From positions 1-61,319 of the forward strand of contig CAZBTU010000003.1 of the NCBI GenBank assembly GCA_964494905.1: a stretch of 61,319 bases of DNA, read 5' to 3'. Of the stretch, positions 45,199 to 55,290 are shown one piece after another. Within the stretch, counting starts at the first letter, position 1, and each line of letters starts with the position of its first letter. Origin of the DNA: an uncultured Pseudomonadales bacterium (GTDB taxonomy: Bacteria; Patescibacteriota; Microgenomatia; UBA1400; PJMF01). Position numbers and translations under genes: made by a program. The notes below the pieces were generated by a model. That model ran no database searches. It was given only the letters and a program-made list of their open reading frames with translations, and was not told the DNA's origin.

Positions 45199-46212
45199 AT
45201 GGCTGCTACCGGAATTCACATCTCAATCTCAGCCGAGCCACTTTTCTCAATTGGCGGCTTTGAAGTATCTAATTCAATTTTCACAAGCCTGATTGTCAGT
45301 GCACTCCTTATCGGGTTTGGTATAGCTGTCCGTTCCCAGCTCACGAATACCAGAAGACCAGCTGGGCTTCAAAACTTTGCAGAGTGGCTTATTGAGTCAC
45401 TTTACGGCTTGGTATACAGTGTGGCGGGCAATGCTAAAAAGGCCCGTCTTTTTTTTCCATTCATTGCCACTTTCTTTTTATTCATTTTACTGAACAACTG
45501 GCTGGGATTGATTCCTGGTGTAGGTACCATTGGGATCATACATAACGAAGCTGAGACAACCGAAGAACATGCTTCGAGCAGTGTAGTTGACCAAGTACAG
45601 GCTGCCACCGAACCAGTAGTTGCAAGTGAAGAAGCAGTTCTGGTGCTTCCTCAAGATCATCTTGACGCTATTGATGCCGAACAAGCAATCACAGAAGAAA
45701 ACGATGAACTGCCCATCGTTATCGACACTGAACACTCGAGTGAACCTGTATTTGTAGAAGATGACCACACCGACTCATCTGAAGCAGAGATGGCACCGAA
45801 AGAGTCACACAGTACATTTGTTCCGTTGCTTCGCCCGGGCAGTGCTGACCTCAACACCACACTCGCACTTGCACTCTTCTCCGTGGGATTAACACAACTA
45901 TTTGGGTATCACTTCCAGAAACTGAGTTACTTCAAGAAGTTTATTAACTTCTCAAGCCCTATCATGTTCTTCGTAGGAATTCTGGAAATCGTCTCTGAGT
46001 TTGCTAAGATCATCTCGTTTGCATTCCGGTTATTCGGTAATATCTTTGCTGGTGAAGTTTTGCTGGCCGTTATGATGTTCCTGATTCCACTGGTCATCCC
46101 CATGCCTTTCTACGGCCTGGAGATCTTCGTCGGCTTTATCCAAGCCGTCGTCTTCGCAATGTTGTCGTTAGTATTCTTTAACATGGCAAGCGAAAGCCAT
46201 GATAGTCATTAA
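45199..46212 (+). CDS. atpB: F0F1 ATP synthase subunit a, with an internal acidic insertion of about 93 aa
   Basis: FRLFGNIFAGE carries the essential Arg motif. PGSADLNTTLALAL is the conserved loop/helix. Length is 337 aa, against roughly 230-270 aa for the bacterial a subunits recalled (E. coli 271, Bacillus PS3 about 236). Confidence 0.9.
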   Translation: MAATGIHISISAEPLFSIGGFEVSNSIFTSLIVSALLIGFGIAVRSQLTNTRRPAGLQNFAEWLIESLYGLVYSVAGNAKKARLFFPFIATFFLFILLNNWLGLIPGVGTIGIIHNEAETTEEHASSSVVDQVQAATEPVVASEEAVLVLPQDHLDAIDAEQAITEENDELPIVIDTEHSSEPVFVEDDHTDSSEAEMAPKESHSTFVPLLRPGSADLNTTLALALFSVGLTQLFGYHFQKLSYFKKFINFSSPIMFFVGILEIVSEFAKIISFAFRLFGNIFAGEVLLAVMMFLIPLVIPMPFYGLEIFVGFIQAVVFAMLSLVFFNMASESHDSH

Positions 46213-46443
<231 letters not shown>

Positions 46444-46476
46444 GTAGTATAGGCAACACACGAAAAGAGGTACCCC

Positions 46477-46962
46477 ATGGACATCCAAGTTACACAAATA
46501 CTTTTTCAAATTGTCAATTTTTCTGTTGTCTTAGGAGCTCTTTCATACCTCCTTTACAAGCCAATTTTGAAGATTTTTGAGGAACGAAGTAAGCGCATCG
46601 AAGAAGGACAAAAAGCTGCTGAAGAAGCACTGCGAAGCAAGGAAGCTCTCGATCAAATGAAAGAGGAAGCGCAAACTGCTCTCAAAAAAGAGAGAACACA
46701 AGTTCTTAAAAAAGCACAAGATGAAGCTGCTGAAAAAAGGCAAGAAATTTTGACGCAGGCAAAGCAAGAAGCTCAAGAAGAAATTGCTAAGATGAAAAAA
46801 GATTGGGAGCGCGAGAAGCAGTTACTCGTGCTGAACTCAAAAGAGGAGCTTGTGCATGCGGTCGTTTCCGTAGCCGAGAAACTCATTCAGAAAAAATTTG
46901 ATAAAAAAGCAGATGAGCAGCTTATTGAGTCAGAACTAACCAACATTCTCAAGTCAGTATGA
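46477..46962 (+). CDS. atpF: F0F1 ATP synthase subunit b
   Basis: N-terminal TM helix followed by a long charged helix. Position in the operon. Confidence 0.85.
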   Translation: MDIQVTQILFQIVNFSVVLGALSYLLYKPILKIFEERSKRIEEGQKAAEEALRSKEALDQMKEEAQTALKKERTQVLKKAQDEAAEKRQEILTQAKQEAQEEIAKMKKDWEREKQLLVLNSKEELVHAVVSVAEKLIQKKFDKKADEQLIESELTNILKSV

Positions 46963-47207
46963 AATCACTCCATCAAGTACACATTACAACTGCGCAACAA
47001 CTATCAGAGGCAGCTCTAAAAAAAGTCCGAGCTTCCTTAGAAAAGAAGTACTCAAAAGAGTCACTTGAGCTCGTTTGTACTGTTAGTCCCGAACTTTTAG
47101 GCGGTATTAAAATCACTATTGATGCCATTGAGTATGATGGCAGTGTCTCAGGCAAACTTGCTCAACTCAAAAACCATTTGCTGGCCGAGCAAATGCACAA
47201 TCAATAG
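46959..47207 (+). CDS. atpH: F0F1 ATP synthase subunit delta, truncated (82 aa, C-terminal domain only)
   Basis: VSPELLGGIKITIDAIEYDGSVSGKLAQLK matches the delta/OSCP C-terminus. ATGA overlap with atpF. The N-terminal alpha-binding domain is absent. Confidence 0.7.
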   Translation: MKSLHQVHITTAQQLSEAALKKVRASLEKKYSKESLELVCTVSPELLGGIKITIDAIEYDGSVSGKLAQLKNHLLAEQMHNQ

Positions 47208-47229
47208 TGAGTACTAAGCTAATAGCAAA

Positions 47230-48765
47230 GTGTCCATGAAAAAAAAATCGTTGTTTACCACATCACTTGCCAAGTCAATTGCTGATGCACCCATTACCGT
47301 AGAGGCACAGTCGATCGGTACTGTTATCTCGTATGGTGACGGTGTCGTTCGGGTTACTGGCATGCAAGATGTGCAAGCAGGCGAGTTAATTGATCTTGGT
47401 GAAGGTCAATTCGGTTTGGCACTCAACTTAGAAAAAGACTCTATCGGTATTGTCGCTTTAGGCGATGCTCGTCACCTTATGGCAGGATCGCTCGTCAAAA
47501 GAACTGGTCGAATTCTCTCCATAGGTGTATCTGATGAGATCGTCGGTCGAGTTGTCGATCCACTCGGTCGCGCGCTTGATGGTCAAGGTCCAATTATTGC
47601 TCAAAAGCACATGTTGCTCGAGAAGCTTGCGCCGGGAATCATGCCGCGCAAGTCAGTAACTGTTCCTATGCAAACTGGTATTAAGGCAATTGATGCCATG
47701 ATTCCAATTGGAAGAGGTCAACGCGAACTTATTATCGGTGATCGCTCAACAGGTAAAACTGCTGTAGCGCTCGGCACCATACTGAATCAAAATGACCAAA
47801 ATGTCGTTTGTGTGTACGTCTGTATTGGACAGAAGCGCGCGTCACTCGCACAAACCATCCAGATACTAAGCGAACATAAAGCGCTCGATTACACCGTAAT
47901 TGTTTCGGCAACTGCGTCTGTCTCAGCTGCTGAGCAGTTTCTTGCACCATATGCCGGGCAAGCGGTCGCTGAGTATTTCTTAGAACAAGGTAAAGACGTT
48001 TTAATCATTTTTGATGACCTAACCAAACACGCACAAGCATATCGTGAAATTTCATTATTGTTGAGACGACCTTCAGGAAGAGAAGCGTACCCTGGTGATG
48101 TCTTCTACCTCCATTCTCGTCTGTTAGAAAGAGCCTGTCGCCTTAACGATAAAAATGGCGGCGGTTCAATAACTGCACTGCCAATCATCGAAACACAGAT
48201 GAATGACGTCTCTGCCTTTATTCCAACTAACGTCATCAGTATTACTGACGGACAAATTTACCTAGAGTCAGATTTATTTAATGCCGGCATGAAACCAGCA
48301 ATTAATGTCGGGTTATCTGTCTCTCGTGTTGGCTCAGCAGCTCAGGTCAAGGCTATGAAGCAAGTCGCTGGAACTATGAAGCTAGACCTAGCCCAGTTCA
48401 GAGAACTACAAGCTTTTGCACAATTTAGCTCTGATCTTGATGATAAAACCAAAGCCCAACTTAACAGAGGAGAGCGTGTCAACGCAATCCTTAAACAAGG
48501 ATGGGATGAACCACTTAAGATCGAAGAGCAAGTTATCGTAATATTCGCAGCTGTAAAAGGCTATCTTGATCCGGTAAAAGTGACTGACATCCAAAAATGG
48601 GAAGCAGAGTACATTAAGTACATGAAAACTTCTTACTCCCAACTTATTGAGCGAATTGCTACAGAAAAAGTAATCAGTGAGCAAACAGATAAAGAGCTTC
48701 ATGCTGCCATCGAAGCCTTTAATAGTATTCATCCTGAGCTCACTACACAAACTGAACAATCGTAG
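47230..48765 (+). CDS. atpA: F0F1 ATP synthase subunit alpha
   Basis: [10 protein letters not shown]-loop and typical alpha sequence throughout. GTG at 47230, or ATG at 47236. Confidence 0.93.
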   Translation: MSMKKKSLFTTSLAKSIADAPITVEAQSIGTVISYGDGVVRVTGMQDVQAGELIDLGEGQFGLALNLEKDSIGIVALGDARHLMAGSLVKRTGRILSIGVSDEIVGRVVDPLGRALDGQGPIIAQKHMLLEKLAPGIMPRKSVTVPMQTGIKAIDAMIPIGRGQRELIIGDRSTGKTAVALGTILNQNDQNVVCVYVCIGQKRASLAQTIQILSEHKALDYTVIVSATASVSAAEQFLAPYAGQAVAEYFLEQGKDVLIIFDDLTKHAQAYREISLLLRRPSGREAYPGDVFYLHSRLLERACRLNDKNGGGSITALPIIETQMNDVSAFIPTNVISITDGQIYLESDLFNAGMKPAINVGLSVSRVGSAAQVKAMKQVAGTMKLDLAQFRELQAFAQFSSDLDDKTKAQLNRGERVNAILKQGWDEPLKIEEQVIVIFAAVKGYLDPVKVTDIQKWEAEYIKYMKTSYSQLIERIATEKVISEQTDKELHAAIEAFNSIHPELTTQTEQS

Positions 48766-48768
48766 AGT

Positions 48769-49632
48769 ATGCCTAACACTCGTCAAATCATCCAGCGCAT
48801 TAAAACAGCTGGTAACATCACCAAAATTACCAAAGCGATGGAAATGGTTTCGGCAAGTAAAATGCGACGTGCCCAAGAACAAGCATTAGCTACACGACCC
48901 TACACTGCTGCCCTCCAGCACTCGTTATCAACAGTTGTATCTGTCACCAAGGTTGCTACTCACCCCATGATGACACCGCACACTGAAGGAATCCCCGTTG
49001 CGCTCATAATCTCAACAGATAAAGGACTCTGCGGTAGTCTCAATCCAAATCTTTTTAAGAGCGTACTTGAATGGGCACAATCTAACCCCAATGGTCAAGT
49101 TATAGCTGTCGGCAAAAAAGCTGTCGCTTTTTGTCGCTTTGCTGGCTTACCACTTTTTGCACAATTCACCGACATGCCCGATGTGGTAAAACCTGGCGAT
49201 ATTTTGTCTATCAGTTCACTAGTGAGTTCACATTTTCTTGACAAGACTTTCCGATCAGTTTCCATTATCTACATGGACTTCATCACAACTCTAGTACAAA
49301 AGGTGCGATTATTCCAACTGCTTCCCTTACCAAAAATTGAAACCGTTGGATCCATAGCGGAGCCCATACTAGCTGGCGAGTATATTTTTGAACCATCAGC
49401 ACATGAGATCTTGGCTCAGCTTTTGCCTTACTATCTGGAAAACTCCCTATATCAAGCTTTTCTCGAATCACGTGCAAGCGAACATAGTGCTCGCATGGTC
49501 AGTATGAAAAATGCCAGCGATAATGCAAAAGAACTAGTTGGCGAATTAAGACTCCAGTACAATAAATCACGTCAAGCGAGCATCACCAGCGAGCTGCTTG
49601 ACATTACAACAGCAATGTTGGCACAAAATTGA
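48769..49632 (+). CDS. atpG: F0F1 ATP synthase subunit gamma
   Basis: IKTAGNITKITKAMEMVSASKMRRAQ N-terminus and ITSELLDI C-terminus. Confidence 0.9.
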   Translation: MPNTRQIIQRIKTAGNITKITKAMEMVSASKMRRAQEQALATRPYTAALQHSLSTVVSVTKVATHPMMTPHTEGIPVALIISTDKGLCGSLNPNLFKSVLEWAQSNPNGQVIAVGKKAVAFCRFAGLPLFAQFTDMPDVVKPGDILSISSLVSSHFLDKTFRSVSIIYMDFITTLVQKVRLFQLLPLPKIETVGSIAEPILAGEYIFEPSAHEILAQLLPYYLENSLYQAFLESRASEHSARMVSMKNASDNAKELVGELRLQYNKSRQASITSELLDITTAMLAQN

Positions 49633-49645
49633 GCAGTCCGCATGA

Positions 49646-51073
<1,428 letters not shown>

Positions 51074-51093
51074 CGGCACATAACTCAGACTGC

Positions 51094-51519
51094 GTGCGTA
51101 TGTCAAAACTAAGCTTACACATTGTCTCCCAAGAAAAAAAGCTTGTGGAGGTTCAAGCAGATCAAGTAACTGCGCCTTCTAGCCAGGGTGAGATTACTGT
51201 ACTTCCACACCACATACCACTTTTCACCGAGCTAGTCCTTGGTGAACTCAGATACTTGGCAAAGGGAGTAGAACACACTGTTGTTATTACCAAAGGCTTT
51301 CTCACCATTGATCCAAACAATGTTATTACTGTCATGGTCGATAGTGCAACGCTCGACCGAGACATAAGTGAGCAGAAGGCTCAAGCTGCCATTGAAGCTG
51401 CCAAACACACTATGTCCGCATCCACTGACAGACGTGAGCTCATTATGGCAGAAGCATCACTTCGGCAAGCACTGTTGGAAATAAAGGTAGCCCAAAAAAC
51501 AAAGAAGACTACTATTTAA
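51094..51519 (+). CDS. atpC: F0F1 ATP synthase subunit epsilon
   Basis: GEITVLPHHIPLFTEL is typical of epsilon. The likely ATG start is at 51100. Confidence 0.88.
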   Translation: MRMSKLSLHIVSQEKKLVEVQADQVTAPSSQGEITVLPHHIPLFTELVLGELRYLAKGVEHTVVITKGFLTIDPNNVITVMVDSATLDRDISEQKAQAAIEAAKHTMSASTDRRELIMAEASLRQALLEIKVAQKTKKTTI

Positions 51520-51613
51520 TCGCATACCAGGCAAGTCATTGCACTCAAAGCACGTAATATCCAACTAACATTCTCATCTTGCTCAGCTTCAAAAATCATC
51601 TATACTACGTCCT

Positions 51614-52093
51614 ATGCCACAAGATCCACAGGCTCAGATTGAGCTCACTCAAGAAGGACTCGACGAGTTAACTAAAGAACTCGAAGAGCTTAAGCAAGTC
51701 AAGCTACCCGAAGCAGTAGAACGTGTTGCTCGTGCCCGTGAGCATGGTGATCTCTCAGAAAATGCAGAGTACCACAGTGCTCAAGATGATCAGCAACTTG
51801 TCCAGGCGCGCATTGAGGAAATTGAAGTCATACTTGCAAAAGCAACTGTGGTTAAACAAACGACTGGCCATAACAAGGTAGGCATGGGATCAACCATTGT
51901 CCTACAGAAAAAAGGTCAAAAGAACAAAAATACCTTTACTATAGTGGGCGAGTTCGAGGCAAATCCAGGGGAAAACAAAATTTCCGTCGCTTCTCCTATC
52001 GGTAAAGCAGTTGTGGGTAAAAAGAAGGGTGACACTGTAATAGTTCACGCGCCAGTGGGGGACAGTGAGTACACAATAATAGACATTAAATAG
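51614..52093 (+). CDS. greA: Transcription elongation factor GreA
   Basis: ARAREHGDLSENAEYHSAQ (the acidic tip of the coiled coil) and the C-terminal ISVASPIGKAVVGKKKGD. Confidence 0.9.
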   Translation: MPQDPQAQIELTQEGLDELTKELEELKQVKLPEAVERVARAREHGDLSENAEYHSAQDDQQLVQARIEEIEVILAKATVVKQTTGHNKVGMGSTIVLQKKGQKNKNTFTIVGEFEANPGENKISVASPIGKAVVGKKKGDTVIVHAPVGDSEYTIIDIK

Positions 52094-52107
52094 AAAACAA
52101 CTCAAAA

Positions 52108-52140
52108 CCCCCCACCAACAAGTGGGGGGTTTTTGGTTTT
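52108..52140 (+). terminator. Rho-independent terminator after greA
   Basis: CCCCCCAC-caacaa-GTGGGGGG followed by TTTTTGGTTTT. Confidence 0.85.
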
Positions 52141-52195
52141 GGTAGAAGAAAAGAAAAAAGGTTACAATACTCATCAAGTCCGAAGAGGAGATCAT

Positions 52196-54244
52196 ATGTC
52201 AAGAATCGATGAAACCAGAAATGCAAAAATCCAGAAAAGGCAAGCATTAGAGAAGCTTGGTGTCACTGTGCATCCATATGGCTTTAGTAAAACACACACA
52301 ATCGCTCAAGCTAGAGCTTCTGAGGGAACTGATTCAGAAATTAAGACGGCAGGCAGAATTATGTCTGTACGGGAACATGGAAAGCTCCGTTTTTTTGACT
52401 TGAGCGACTCGACTGGATCAATTCAAGTCTTGATTCGCACCACTGACTTAGCTGAGGATCAAACAAGATTGCTCCCACTCATTGACCGAAGTGATTTTCT
52501 CGGGGTTACCGGCAAAGTCGGTATCTCTAAATCAGGTGAAGTCAGCATCTATGCTCAATCAATTACCTTTCTCGGGAAAGCACTCCTCCCACTCCCTACG
52601 GAGTTCAACACAGCCGAAGACAAAGAGGTCAGGTTCAGAAAACGATATATTGACATGCTCATTAATGAACAAACCAGAAAAGTTCTTGATGCCCGATGGC
52701 TAATTGTTAAAGAAGTTAGACGCTATTTGCAAGATGAACACAGCTTCACCGAAGTCGAAACTCCGATTTTCCAACCTCTGTATGGTGGTACAAATGCTAA
52801 GCCGTTCACAACACATATGAACGCGTTGGATTGTGATTACTACCTCAGACTTGCGCCTGAGCTGTACCTTAAACGTTTGATTGTCGGTGGATATGATAAG
52901 GTTTTTGAGATTGCCAGAAACTTTCGAAATGAAGGCATTGATCAAACCCACCAACCCGAGTTCAGCATGATTGAGTGGTACGAAACCTATGCTGATTACC
53001 ACAGGATGATGGATGTTGCAGAAGGCATGCTACAACACATTGCGAAAAAACTCTATGACACCACAAAAGTTATGGTGGGTACTGAAGAAATTGATATTGG
53101 TGGAACCTGGCCAAGAATTCGAATGGAAGCAGCACTCAAACAGTACGCGGGTATTGAGATGGAACAACTTACCGATGAGCAGCTACAAAAGCAGTTGCAA
53201 AAAAACTCTATCAACTTATCCAGTGATTTCACTCGAGGGAAAGCCATGTTCGCTTTGTTTGACAAACTGGTAACCCCTCAGCTCATCAATCCTGTTTGGA
53301 TCATCGACTATCCTCGTGATATCAGTCCACTCTCGAAACAACACAGAGATCGACCCGATTTAGCGGAACGCTTTGAAGCGTACATCGGAGGCAAGGAGAT
53401 TGCAGATGGATGGAGTGAAATTACGGATCCGCTTGACCAACGCCAGGTATTTGAGAATGAGCAAAAAAATATGCGCGCTGGTGATAGCGAGGCTCATCCG
53501 CTTGACGAAGACTTCCTGGAAGCTATGGAGTATGGTATGCCGCCATTAGGAGGCATCGGAATGGGAATAGATAGACTGGTGATGTTCTTAACAAATACCT
53601 GGAGCATCCGAGAGGTGATTGCTTTCCCAACCTTGCGTCCTCTGAATGCAGTAAAACCTGTGAGTCAACCCCAGACAACGAGTGTCTCCACTTCTGCTAC
53701 ACAAAAGGTAGAGCCACTGCCGGCGCGAGAGAAAGCTGAGGCCTTGCTCGAGCAGTATATCGAAAATACTCGATTACAACATCACTGTCGAATGGTAGCA
53801 ACTGCCATGCAAGCAATGGCCAAAGAACTAGGAGAGGATACCGAGTTATGGTACCAAACTGGTCTGCTGCATGACCTAGATTGGGAAAAATATCCCGATG
53901 AACACCCAAACTATGCACTCCAAAATCTCCTTGGTGAGTACCCTCAAACTCTCCTGAGCGCAATCGCAGCACATGCACCAAATCTAACCGGTAAACATCC
54001 AGAAACCTTGATAGAACGGTACTTGTTTGCTCTAGATGAATTGTCTGGCTTTATGCATGCGGTCTCACTGATGCGACCAGAGGGTTTCCAAGGAATGAAA
54101 GCCAGCTCAATCAAAAAGAAGCTGAAGGACAAGTCATTTGCAGCGAATGTTAGCCGAGATGACATCACAGAGGGAATGCGGTTGATCGGCAAAACTGAAG
54201 ATGAAATAATCGAAAAACTTATTACTATCTTCCAAGAATCATGA
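52196..54244 (+). CDS. lysS: Lysine--tRNA ligase (class II) fused to a C-terminal HD-superfamily hydrolase domain
   Basis: LysRS core includes FRNEGIDQTHQPEFSMIEWY (motif 2 region) and GMPPLGGIGMGIDRLVM (motif 3). The extra roughly 185 aa carry LQHHCRMVA ... GLLHDLDWEKYP (HD motif). The ATG at 52196 has AGAGGAG 5 nt upstream and a TACAAT -10 at 52163. The track start at 52133 lies inside the greA terminator. Confidence 0.88.
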   Translation: MSRIDETRNAKIQKRQALEKLGVTVHPYGFSKTHTIAQARASEGTDSEIKTAGRIMSVREHGKLRFFDLSDSTGSIQVLIRTTDLAEDQTRLLPLIDRSDFLGVTGKVGISKSGEVSIYAQSITFLGKALLPLPTEFNTAEDKEVRFRKRYIDMLINEQTRKVLDARWLIVKEVRRYLQDEHSFTEVETPIFQPLYGGTNAKPFTTHMNALDCDYYLRLAPELYLKRLIVGGYDKVFEIARNFRNEGIDQTHQPEFSMIEWYETYADYHRMMDVAEGMLQHIAKKLYDTTKVMVGTEEIDIGGTWPRIRMEAALKQYAGIEMEQLTDEQLQKQLQKNSINLSSDFTRGKAMFALFDKLVTPQLINPVWIIDYPRDISPLSKQHRDRPDLAERFEAYIGGKEIADGWSEITDPLDQRQVFENEQKNMRAGDSEAHPLDEDFLEAMEYGMPPLGGIGMGIDRLVMFLTNTWSIREVIAFPTLRPLNAVKPVSQPQTTSVSTSATQKVEPLPAREKAEALLEQYIENTRLQHHCRMVATAMQAMAKELGEDTELWYQTGLLHDLDWEKYPDEHPNYALQNLLGEYPQTLLSAIAAHAPNLTGKHPETLIERYLFALDELSGFMHAVSLMRPEGFQGMKASSIKKKLKDKSFAANVSRDDITEGMRLIGKTEDEIIEKLITIFQES

Positions 54245-54387
54245 TGCAACAACCGGAATCGATACAACAAGACACATCAAACACACTAAACCAAGAGGTA
54301 TTTGGCAAGATATCACAAGCATACGTTGATCATGTGCTTACACGAAATGTAACACCAGATGAAATGCCAGAAACATCATCTGAATAG
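54241..54387 (+). CDS. Small ORF (48 aa) coupled to lysS by an ATGA overlap
   Basis: Translated by hand: MMQQPESIQQDTSNTLNQEVFGKISQAYVDHVLTRNVTPDEMPETSSE. Below the ORF-track length cutoff. No homology is inferable. Confidence 0.3.
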   Translation: MMQQPESIQQDTSNTLNQEVFGKISQAYVDHVLTRNVTPDEMPETSSE

Positions 54388-54420
54388 ATTGAGCTATTAG
54401 TAGAAAGGGAAGGAAAAAAG

Positions 54421-55008
54421 TTGTACAGGCACGTCGGACAACTAATTCTTCTCGTCGCAAACATTCACACGCTAAGATCAGATCTGTTTGCAAATTCCAT
54501 GGCCGAAAGGCAAAATAAACAGCTAAATGAAACCACAATCAACCAACTGAGAACATTACTCGAGCTGATCAAGCTAGAAATTACTAGGATTAAATCAAAA
54601 AAACTGAGTGACACCAAAAAACGAGCGAGAGAAGATGTGAACATATTTTTGGGAGCAAAAGAGGGAATCGTTGATTTACCTAAGACCAATCTTTTCAATA
54701 AAATGAAGCTGATTATAGCTAGACAAGTAGTCGCGCTTATTGGAAAAGTGATGAGTGCACGAGATCGAGAACAATGGTCGGATTACATCGTTGATAAAGC
54801 TATCACTGATGAAGAACTATTTCCAGAACATGCAGAAACAATAAAAAAACTTGATGTAATGTTGCGTATAATTCAAAATCCAGAACTTGAAACAAAACAG
54901 CTTCTGCAAACACTGCTCTACTTACTCCCTGGACTAGATGATTATGGCGTATCAAATGATTTCTTAGCCAACATGTTCAAGTTTGCTCAAAAAGAAACCT
55001 CAAGTTAA
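54421..55008 (+). CDS. Hypothetical protein (195 aa)
   Basis: TTG start preceded by GGAAGGA about 9 nt upstream. An alternative ATG lies at 54499. No motif recognised. Confidence 0.45.
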   Translation: MYRHVGQLILLVANIHTLRSDLFANSMAERQNKQLNETTINQLRTLLELIKLEITRIKSKKLSDTKKRAREDVNIFLGAKEGIVDLPKTNLFNKMKLIIARQVVALIGKVMSARDREQWSDYIVDKAITDEELFPEHAETIKKLDVMLRIIQNPELETKQLLQTLLYLLPGLDDYGVSNDFLANMFKFAQKETSS

Positions 55009-55049
55009 AACTTACTACTGTATTCTCTAGAAATAATTGTGTATAATGT

Positions 55050-55258
55050 GCAGAGAGCTCCAATAGGCAGCCAGCACCTGCCGATTCGTACCAAGTGGGT
55101 ACGAAGAGCTGTTTGGGATTATAACCAAGCCGGGCAAGCCCGTAATAGCTGGAATTAAGAGCTGCATGTGTACAATGCAGATCAAGAGGTGGCACCGTCT
55201 TCGCCCTCGAAGGCCCTCTTGCATTCATCATTTTTGGTGAGTGTGAGAGGGTTTTTTA
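55050..55258 (+). promoter_or_regulatory. T-box riboswitch leader controlling serS
   Basis: T-box sequence AAGAGGTGGCACCG at 55184-55197. Antiterminator helix AAGAGG (55184-55189) pairs with CCTCTT (55215-55220), leaving a UGGCACC bulge. The competing terminator pairs CCCTCT (55214-55219) with AGAGGG (55246-55251), followed by TTTTTT. A TATAAT -10 lies at 55042-55047. AGAGAG lies near the 5' end. Confidence 0.75.
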
Positions 55259-55290
55259 GTAGTTACGACCCACTGGGCATAAAGGAAGCA

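Noticed and set aside
52133-52195. N-terminal extension of the lysS ORF (start at 52133)
   Set aside because: It begins inside the greA terminator U-tract and spans the TACAAT -10. The ATG at 52196 has an AGAGGAG site and gives the canonical MSRIDE... LysRS N-terminus.
55153-55159. GAA-UUA-A in the T-box leader as a Leu (UUA) specifier
   Set aside because: The pattern fits the common GAA-codon-purine context. However, the downstream gene is unambiguously serS, and the T-box bulge UGGC matches discriminator G73 (Ser) rather than A73 (Leu). The specifier stays unassigned, with AGC favoured.
55168-55290. N-terminal extension of the serS ORF in the six-frame track (start at 55168)
   Set aside because: This stretch contains the T-box sequence and the terminator hairpin with its U-tract. 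A good AAAGGAAG ribosome-binding site precedes the ATG at 55291, which gives a normal-length (429 aa) SerRS.
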